Source: Macrostomum lignano (taxonomy: Eukaryota). Taken from it: DNA of 64,000 nucleotides. The stretch lies in contig NIVC01001433.1 in NCBI GenBank assembly GCA_002269645.1, positions 186,001 through 250,000 of the forward strand, in the 5' to 3' direction. Position 1 is the first letter of the stretch. Each line of letters starts with the position of its first letter. The translations under genes were made by a program, and so were the position numbers. Shown piece by piece: positions 35,101 through 44,800 of the stretch. A model generated the notes under the pieces. It was not told the DNA's origin and ran no database searches. It saw only the letters and a program-made list of their open reading frames with translations.

Positions 35101-38100
35101 GTGTACATATTTAGCTTAGAAACACATAGATATCCTGATATTCATATTACAAGGAACTTGAAGCGTACATTTAAATTTTTCGATTTAAGAAAAGTTCAGA
35201 AAAAGGTAGAAACAAAATGACGTCCTTTAGTTAGATGTTGCTCAGACCGTTTTTTTATGATGTAAAGCTAACTATTAAATACAAAGCTAACTGTTCGTCA
35301 TATAACTGCACAATAACCTAGACAGTCTTGTTTCCTTAAATTAACGTGTTTTTTGGGACATAATAAATGTAGGACTAAGGCCTAGCGCGCCTAAGGGCTA
35401 AGGTGTAGTGTAGTGTATGCCTAGCCTATCCAGGCTAGCCCTAGCCTTTCAGTTTAAGCCTTATTAAAAACACAGCCGGGCCAGCCTTACTTTGTAGGCC
35501 CTAACCTTATAGTTTAGTTGACTTACATAAAGAAGTAATTTGACGATGCAGCTTTACATTTCAATTAGGCCTAGGGATTAGAAGCTATCTTGTCTTGTTG
35601 ATCTAAATAGGCAGTGACTATTCGTCTGGTATTGGATGAATAATGTAACTATTATTCGTCTGGTACTGGATAAATAAAACTGAAGTTATTTGTCTGCTAC
35701 TGGCTGAGCAGCCTGAGCTGCGTGAATTTATATGCCACTCTGCGTATCTTTTCTAGCAAGGTATACTAGTTTGATTTTAGAATGTCTTCCTGAAATTCAG
35801 TCAGTACTGAGTTCGAATGTATAGTTATGACTCCACTTTTTTATTGTAACAACTCCAAGTGTTATTGTAATAACTCTTAAGTCCTTACTTTGGCATTTGT
35901 TTATATAGCAGCAAATGTTCCTATTATTTTTTTTGACTATACCATGTATCATGACTAGGTCTACTGTTTACTGTGAAACCAAAACAAACTGATATGTATA
36001 GAAAGAAATATAATAAAGGTAAAAATTATTTAAAACTTTTGGTATTTTGCCTTTGCCTTTGGCCTTAGAAGGGTTTCACCAACTATGATCTGATCTGAGA
36101 AACAGCACTATCTAATCATAATAAATATTTTCTGCTTCTAGCCTAAAAGTGGACTATATAGGCCCCTAGTACTTTTTAGTATTCCCTATATTTTACAAGT
36201 TTTTATTATATAGGCCTATCTACTTCTATACTATGCCAGACAAATAACTTCATTTTTATTTATCTGGTACTAGACAAATAACTTCACTTTTATTTATCTG
36301 GTAGGCCTACTAGGCCTAGATAAATAGTCATTGTCATCTAAATAAGTAAAAAGATATTGCTTCATTTTCTCAAATTTAAATGTAAGCCCATCTAGATTGT
36401 CTTATCTATTTTTCTACTGCCTACTGTCTCTACTGACTATTTATTTAATTCTAGATCTAGAATTAGAATAGATAACCATTTAATAAAGCTTAGGCTAGGG
36501 TTAGCCAAGCCAAGGTTAAGTTAAGTTGTTAAAATAAGATCAGATTGGATGATCTGATCAAAAGTTTGGATACATCATTAATAATTTATTATATTTCAAA
36601 TTTATATATAATTATTGCCTAGGTCAAATGGGTATAGGCCCCCTATCCTTGAACCTAGGCCTAACAATTTTTAATTTGAGATAAATATCTAACAATATTG
36701 GCCTAGTTGTATAGGGGGCCTGGATAGGGATTAATATAGTTTTTATTTTAATTATATTATATTAGGAAATTAGAGTCTATTTGGGTCAATTATTTTGACT
36801 TTAGCAAGTTAGACTATAAGCTATTTCAAGTAAAAAATGACTAAAGCCTAAAGGCTGTAGGCTAAAGGTTTCAACCTACTTTGACAAAAGAATTTTTGGC
36901 AAAGTTAATAATGGCAAAAAATACTTTCTTAATTACCATTTTGTCTAAACGTAGCCATTTTTGCATAAAAATTTATTGATTGATCTAAGCTTTAGCAAAG
37001 AGTTTTGAATTTTTTTATTTTAGAAAAAGTCAAAGTCAAAACAGATAAGCTTTATGAAAACTATTTTATTGTCATATATATTTTTATTTTGTAGCAATTT
37101 TATTAGGGGGCCTATTTTATTTTCACAAACTACAAAATATGCTTAGGTAGTCAATGAATAATTTATTAAAAGCTACAATGCCCAAAGCATTATGTTTGCA
37201 ATTATAAGTTGCCTATATCCTGCCAAACTAGTCACTGTTTTCATTGAAATTTATATCTATTTAAACTACATATTCACTTTTATTAAAGCATTCTTTTGTT
37301 AAAAATTCCTTTGCTATAATGGGCTATACCCAGGCTGAATGAATAAACATTAGTAGTAAAACTAGAAATTAGTTAAAAAGGCAGATTCTAGAAGTTAAAT
37401 ATCCAAGAAGGATAAAAAGGGTAGTTCTATATTTTAGCATATATATTTTTTTTGGTCCTCTGAAGCCTTATTGTAGCCAATGGCCATTATTATAGATAGT
37501 GTCTAATATAGATTAATTTGGTGGTATAGGTGGGGTTTAGCACATTGGTGTGATCTAATATTAGTCTATGATCTAGTCTGGAGGATATCTAATATAGTTT
37601 AGACCTTGGCTATAATAGGTTGTCTACTAAGAGGATAAGGCAATTACCCCTTACATCCCCTTTGGTTATGTCATCAGTAAGTACTATTTATATATTTTAA
37701 ACATGTTATAATAATGTATTCTAATGCTAAAAAGCTACTAATAGTCTAAGATATGGCTAGAATATTTCATTTATTATTTGAATCAGTATAGTGTTACAAT
37801 GTGCTTATATTGTAATAAGTATATATTTTGACTTGTTATTCTATATAATGTATATAGATAATAAATATACTTATTTAGGCAAATGGGTTTAATTATTACA
37901 AATAATATTCTAACTTAATAATATGACTTTTTAATAGTGAAATATCAACAATTGTTTATTAATATATCACTTTTTTTCTAAAAATTCATAATGTTCATTT
38001 GACAAAAAAGAATTGCTTTTTTAAAATTGTTTTTTATATTAAAATATTTTTAATCCAAGACTTTAATCACTTAAACAATGAACTAGCAGATATTTAGTGC

Positions 38101-38640
38101 TAGTCTTTAGATAGCTTAAACATATTATTATATTTCTATTTTAATATGGTTATATTTCATATTGAGAACTGATCAAACTGCTTTTCTAGCTAGCCTTAAC
38201 TGAGAATCTTGCCTTAAAAAATTTTAGCTAGTTTGGATTCTTATATTTATGAATTTTAGGATGTAAAAATATTTTTGTAGCTCATAGCTGCTTATTTACT
38301 TGATATTGTTTTTTTAATATACTTTTTATACCACTATTATTTAGTAATTGTATAACAAAGACAATAATTAGCATTTATAAGATAGAGATGATTGAAATTA
38401 GAAAAAAACATGCTAGACAACAAACTTTGTTAAGCAATGGTTAACCTATGATACAAAAAGCCTGTGCTTCTTCATTGTGCTGTTTCTTTGCTGTTGAGTA
38501 GGTGTAATAAATGCTGGTGTAAATACTAGACTCATTTTATGGTTGCACAATTTATGGTTGTTCAATTAAAAATAGCAATTTGCTTATGCTTCTGGTCAGG
38601 CAATATGATTATTAGTGCCCATGCACCCACCCTGACAACT
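32130..38640. other. AT-rich, CpG-erased intergenic domain of decayed repeats
   Basis: By eye there are 2 CpG in 32130-34790 and 1 in 35830-38640, while GpC/GG/CC persist. It is rich in CTAG/TAGG/CCTA and has no long ORFs. Confidence 0.85.
32372..32470 (+). mobile_element. Decayed tRNA-derived SINE head
   Basis: GTAGTTAGAGTATCTGACTCATGACTGGAAAGTCAGGGGTTCAATTCTCAACCC aligns to the SINE head at 20770-20822, followed by a CAAGACACTTAAC SINE-body-like motif. Confidence 0.55.
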
Positions 38641-38908
38641 TTTCAGCATTCGAGTTGAAAAAAAGACTACTAAAATCTGGTGTTTGCTCAAAACACCCAA
38701 ACACCCTTTCCTTTGTCTGTGTAGTCTTGTGCATTGATTCCCTGACACTTTCAGCTCATTGTTGCTTTCTATATTTGTCTTGGTTACTGACGTTCTGTCA
38801 ATTTTTTATAGTATTTTATTTACCAGTCTGAGTTGCTTACTGTAATCTGTATCAAAATTTCATAGCTGTGATATCGCCCTATACACACTACTCAGTTGTC
38901 AGTAAGCC

Positions 38909-39919
38909 ATGTCGGATGATTACTACGCAGTATTGGAATTGACTCGCTCAGCCACCGAGGGCGATATTCGCAAGGCTTACAGGCGCATGGCCTTGCGCTG
39001 GCATCCAGATAAGAATCAGGACAACAAAGAGGAGGCCCATCTCAAGTTTAAAGAGATTAGCGAAGCCTACGAAGTCCTGTCCGATCCGAATAAGCGCCAA
39101 ATCTACGATGTCTATGGCAAAGCCGGTCTGGAGACTGACAATGGTAGCGGCGGCGGCGGCCGGAGTCACAGTCGGCATCACGCGGGCTTTCATCACGATT
39201 TTCATAGCTTTGTATTCCGCGATCCTCAGGAAGTGTTTCGCGAATTCTTTGGCAACAGGGATCCGTTCTCCGACTTCATGTTTATCGATCCGTTTGCCGC
39301 TTTTGGTAGGCAGCAACATTACCAACAACAGCATCAGCAGCAGCAACAGCAACAAGTTGGCAATCTATTTCAAAGCAATTTTATCGGATTCCCAACAATG
39401 CAGATGCACGATCCGTTTTTTTCGTTTGGCCAATTCGGCGGCTTGGGCAGCCACGCGGCTGTCGGCGGCGGCGGCGCCGCTCAGTTCATGAGTTTCAGCT
39501 CGTCAGGCCTGGGGCCCAGCACTCAGTTTCGGTCATCGTCCACATCTACTAGGGTAGTTAATGGCCGGCAGATTGTCACTAAGAAAGTTGTAGAGAATGG
39601 CGTGGAAACTGTCACAGTGACTGAGAATGGTCGAGTAGTGTCGAAGACTGTCAACGGTCAGGCTCAGTCTATTGAAGGCCCGTCTGGCGCCAACGCCGCT
39701 GCATCGTCTTCGTCGTCTTACGGCGCCGGTCACCATGGCTACGGTTCTCGAGCTGGCGGCGCGGCCCCGGCGCCAAGGATTTCGTCGGCTCATTCGCTGA
39801 GCGGCGGCGGCGGCCGTCCTGGCAGCAGCGGCAGCGGTGGCGGCGTCAACAAGCGCTACAGCCACCAGCCGACTGCGGATCAACAGAAACGCCAGAAGAG
39901 ACGCGAAGATCGTAAATGA
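38909..39919 (+). CDS. DNAJB6: DnaJ homolog subfamily B member 6 (MRJ)-like Hsp40, 336 aa, intronless CDS
   Basis: J domain with HPD (RWHPDKN), G/F-rich region (FRDPQEVFREFFG), and S/T-rich C-terminal domain STSTRVVNGRQIVTKKVVENG. Confidence 0.93.
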   Translation: MSDDYYAVLELTRSATEGDIRKAYRRMALRWHPDKNQDNKEEAHLKFKEISEAYEVLSDPNKRQIYDVYGKAGLETDNGSGGGGRSHSRHHAGFHHDFHSFVFRDPQEVFREFFGNRDPFSDFMFIDPFAAFGRQQHYQQQHQQQQQQQVGNLFQSNFIGFPTMQMHDPFFSFGQFGGLGSHAAVGGGGAAQFMSFSSSGLGPSTQFRSSSTSTRVVNGRQIVTKKVVENGVETVTVTENGRVVSKTVNGQAQSIEGPSGANAAASSSSSYGAGHHGYGSRAGGAAPAPRISSAHSLSGGGGRPGSSGSGGGVNKRYSHQPTADQQKRQKRREDRK

Positions 39920-40084
39920 AAAATAAATAAATAAAAACCTCGTGTATTAATAGATATTCGACTTAAATGACTTGTAGCTTGAATTTTACTGATGTAAATG
40001 CGCTAATTTTGTTTGTTTTGCTTTCTAAAATTTTAATAATAAACAAAAATTTAGTAACAAAGTGTAACCGCTTTAGTACCTAGC

Positions 40085-40439
40085 CGGGTCATTGTGAAGC
40101 TATCCGGCCCGCTCAGGGCTTGTGTCTCTTCTCAGCTATCTTCTCTTCTCTCTCTTCTTTCCCCTCTCCCCTCTCCTCTTCTCTCCCCTCTCCCCTCTTA
40201 TTCTCTCCTCTCTGTGCCCTCTACCCTCTTTTCTCTTTCCTCTCTTCTCCCTCTCCCTTCTCTCCCTCTCTTCTCTATCTGTTTTCCTCTTCCCTCTGCC
40301 CTGTCTACCCTCTTCTCTTTTTTATCTTTTCTCTAATCCCATTCCCCGCCTCTCCTCTCTTCTCTCATTTTTCGTCTTCCATTCCCTTTCATTTCCACTC
40401 TCATCTGGCCCTTGAGGTAATAAAGGTTTCCGACCCCTG
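40085..40439. mobile_element. Possible hAT-type MITE remnant containing a CT-rich tract
   Basis: CCGGCCCGC ... TCTGGCCC ... GGTTTCCGACCCCTG end resembles CAGGGGTCGG-type hAT MITEs. The left TIR is not recognisable. Confidence 0.35.
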
Positions 40440-41394
40440 CTATAAGATCTTGTATTAATAAAAAATCTGTTTGTAGTTATAAAGATTATACTACTAACTT
40501 GAGCAGTAGCATAACAGCACAATGGGCCTATTTTAGTAATTCTACTACTGTAGTGTCCGTTCATCGGGGACTAATTTCGAACAATATAATTTTATTTGTT
40601 TTGGTATCCTCGGAGACTTATTTGTGTTATTTAATTGTCGAAAAAATCTCCCGTCCCTACTTGTTTGTTTATTTATTAGTTTCCCGTCTTTAACTAAATG
40701 GATGTAGCTTTAGGCACACAAATTTGTAACTGATAATTAATTGGTAAATGCGGTACATGTATGATGAGCCATCTGTTAGATTTATCCAGTGGCTTGAACA
40801 GGATAAGTAGGCATCTAAATGCCACTTTTGTTATATTTTAGTTTTGCCTGCTCATTTGCTTCATTTTATGATTGGAAACTGTGTTAAAATTGTGGCAGAG
40901 AAGGCCCTGCCGTTTATATTATATTTAATATTTAGCTTTCTCCAAAGGTGCGAATTTGCGAAAGCCTCTGGCCCCCTCCCTCTTCTGCTTATATCTGACT
41001 CAAGTCATTTGTGTTTGCTAATCGATGTCTTTGTCAGAAGAATTTCTCTTTTTTGGCCTTCTCTCTGCACCATTATTAAGCAAAATTTTCCTGTCCTGTT
41101 TTTTCTCCAATGCCTATGCTGTCTTCTCCGAGCTGACTTCTGTCCTAAATGTGCAAGCCTGCTATACACACACGAAATATTGAATTTATTCTGTTGCTTT
41201 TTGTATTTGAATTTGTCAGTTCAACTACCAACAAAATTTAATTTTTAGCTGACAATGGCGAGAGGTGCGAGATCTGACTGTGGGTCTCTGGCAAACTTGC
41301 TTGTTAGCTAAACTCCGAATTTCATGCCCTTGATGCTAATTATGAACCGTTTTTGCCTTGTTAATTTATTTACTCTTGGTTTAGATAGGAAACA

Positions 41395-41755
41395 TGATCC
41401 CCCCATCTCCCGGTGCCTCCTGCAGCCCTCATTCCCACAGCTCCCCAGATTCGCATCCCACAGATTCCCATCCCACAGCTCCCCATCCCACAGATTTCAA
41501 TCACACAGATTCGCATCCCACAGATTCCCATCCTACAGATTTCCATCCCACAGATTTCAATACCACAGCTCCCAATCACACAGATTCCCATCCCACAGCT
41601 CCCCATCTCACTGCTCCCCATCATACAGATTTTAATCCCACAGATTTCTATCCCACAGCTCCCCATCCCAAAGATGCAGATCCCCATCCCACAGCTCCCC
41701 ATCCCACATCTCCCCATCAGCTCCCCATCCCACAGATCCCCATCCCACAGCTCCA
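41395..41755. repeat. (CCCACAGATTCCCAT)n satellite upstream of CYLD copy A
   Basis: Visible ~15-bp tandem repeat; the same family sits upstream of copies B and C. Confidence 0.92.
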
Positions 41756-41891
41756 CAACACCAGCAACTAAACAAATTCCTGACCAACAACGAATGCATT
41801 TTTATTTTTTTAAGTATTTTAAAACCCTATGTTTAAATTTCAAGCGTAAACCAATGCATGCGAAGATTGCTATTTTAACAAGCAATTGGTG

Positions 41892-44800
41892 ATGGAAAGT
41901 TTGGTAAAAGTGCGTCAGATTGAGCTGCCTAGCGACACGGCAAACGCTGGCAGTTTCAAGTTTTTCATGAATCGGTACAAAACGCCTGTCGCCGGAAAAA
42001 ATGGAAACAAAGATCAGCTGGATTCTGGCTTATTTTGGGTTAATGCACCTGACAGTGGAGGTGCAAATCAACTTGCACCATTGTATCGCTCATTGGAGTT
42101 CGAATCCTTGTTTTGCCAGATGTATAAAGGCGAAAAAATGCCCTTAACAGTTGAACAAGCCCGGATTTTGCTAGCTGTGCCAATACACAAGCGATACGAT
42201 TTTTGTGTTTCGAGTAATTTTCAATTGGCCCAACGCTTCCAAGTTGGTAGCATCGTGTCTGTTCGCGATCCCAGTTTTGTTGAGAAGCTAGGTTTGTACT
42301 CTCTTTTTGAGTCTCTGCAAGTACTTAAGGTTTCCTTTGCAATAGGAAAACCGGGTAATTTTTCGCTCAGAGTTTGAGTCATTCATTTCGAGGCACGAAA
42401 TATTGGCCTTGGAGTTGTCTTATGATTCACAGCCATTATGGCCGACCTCCAAGCTACAGACTACATGCCTGACGATTTAGAAAGTCAAAGAACCGCTGTA
42501 CAGCCTGTGTGAGCGTGTGTTTGATTGCGTGCTTGCGTTAAGGATTGGTACGCTAGGTTGTGTGTGCTCATGAGTCAGCGGAGTGCTCGTCTACAATATA
42601 GCGTTCTTTTTACTCCAAATCATTTTGGTTGCCCTTGAAAAATCCGAATTTTTAACTGGCTTACATTAATTTGATTTTTTAGAGCCGATAAAATCGTTAA
42701 AGTGTCAAGTTCGGTTCAAAGGTGTTCTGCCTAGCAGGACAAAACCGAAAGACCCAGACGGTCTCTATTTTGGTTTTGTCAGCTGCGATCCAAAAGTAGA
42801 TGACGGCCAGCCATTGATAATATCCGTGTTGGCTCTTTCTGACACTCAAAACCTGTTGAAAGTGCGCCCAGAGGAAGCTCGCGATCGCCGATTGATTCTA
42901 GCGGACGCTCGCTGGTTGGATCCGGTTCAAGATTGCCCAGCTGACCAGCTGTTTAACATTAACGATCGGGTAGTGCTGCAGTTGGACGCCAGACAGAATG
43001 AGTACAGGCGCGGCCTGATCAAATGGCTGGGTAGACTGGATGCAAACGGACCAAAACATCTGGCTGGCGTGGAGTTTGACCATCGAGTTCCCAATTCGTC
43101 ATGTTGGTTGGGCAATCGTTGTCTGTTTGAAGGCAAACCCGAGTGTTGTCTCATTGTTGAAGAGGCCCATTTGCAGCGAGAGGAAGACTTTGATCGTAAA
43201 ATGGCAGGTTGGTTGAGTTGCCCTCGATTTTGCCTAGGATTGAATGACTTTGATGAATTTAGTATTTCGTAAGTTAAATCTATAGAATTGAGTTTCTGCT
43301 AGTATTTGTAGGATTAGTAGTGCTGTTTGTTAATGCTTTTTTGACAGACCAAAGCTGTACTGTATAAATGCTGTATTTGAGAATACAATGCTGTAGTTGA
43401 TAATACAGAGCTGTACAAATGCTTTACTTAAGAATGAAATGCTGTAAAAATGCTGTACTTGATAATGCAAGGCTGTACAACTGCTGTACTGCTCATATTT
43501 TGTAGAGAGCCGCGCCAATGCTGGCCGAATTTATCAGCCGCCTGCTCAGCCTCCCAACTCATCTGATCCACGTCGCGACGAGGCGCAGGCACTGATGGAG
43601 AGTAAAGGCATTCGAATCGACTTGCATGTCAATTTAACATTCCTGGACAAGGTCGGCATGGTTATGTGGTTCGGTTTCATTCCAAACCAAACAGATCTGG
43701 TTGTTGGCGTTGCTCTTGATGACAACGAAGGAGTTGAACGCGGAGGCCACGGGTTCGTGCCTTCTAGCCAAGTGCGAGCCGTGCATCCAGATGTTCAGCC
43801 TGATCTGTGGTTCACCTTTCTGGATGCCATTGAGCCAGCGCAAAATGCCAATAGTCAGGCCGATCGTCCCAGAGGAGCCGAGGCTCTGCCTCACCAATTT
43901 GGCAGTGGCGACTTCGAAACCATTGCGGGTCCAACTGAGCCTCGAATTCGCCTAGAAGACTTGGACAATTTGGTCGGTCGCAATCGCGGTGTCCAGGGAC
44001 ATCACAACTCTTGTTATCTTGACTCAACGCTGTTCGCCATGTTTGCCACCGTTGACGCATTCGATGGCGTCCTAGAGCGGCCTGGTCAGGCTAAAGACAT
44101 CGATAATTATGAAGAAATCAAGAATACTTTGCGCGAAGGTATTGTAAACTGTTTGAGAAGGTGAGCGACACTCCTACCCTGACCTACAGTTGTATATTGT
44201 ATTTGTGTTTTCATATATTTCTACCACTGTCAAATGCTTTTAGAAACAAGTTTGTCAGCGCTGGACAAGTTCTGAAGCTGCGAAAATGTCTTAACGATCT
44301 CGACATCATTCCAGGAATGATGGGCGAAGAAAAAGGTGATTTAATATAAGACTAGTCTACTTTAATCCTCAAACTGGGTCTCTACTCTCCCAGATCCCTA
44401 GTCTGGGTCCCTACTGTTTACCAGATCTCTATAGGCTGGGTCCCTACTCCTTCTCAGATCCCTAGGCTGAGTCCCTACTCTCCCATATCCCCAGACTAAG
44501 TCCCTACTCTCCCAGATCCCTAGGCTGGGTCCCTACTCTCTCATCCATAGGGACTCAGGATTGAGGCTGAGTTCCTACTCTCCCAGATCCCTACGCTGGG
44601 TCCCTACTCCTCAGGATTGAGGCTGAGTTCCTACTCTCCCAGATCCCTAGGCTGAGTTCCTACGCTCCCAGATCCCTAGGCTGAGTCCCTACTCTCCCTG
44701 ATCTCCTGGCTAAGTCCCTACTCTCCCAGATCCTCAGGCTAAGTCCCTACTCTCCCAGATCCCCAGTAAACATAAGATACCTTTTTATCCTCATTTCGTT

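Noticed and set aside
37380-37700. Possible hypermutated LINE ORF remnant in the AT-rich domain
   Set aside because: Recognisable only after speculative back-mutation, so it cannot be supported by eye.
42455-42490. Hammerhead ribozyme (CTGACGA...GAAA)
   Set aside because: Only 3-4 nt separate the core motifs (no stem II), and no stem III/NUH partner was found.
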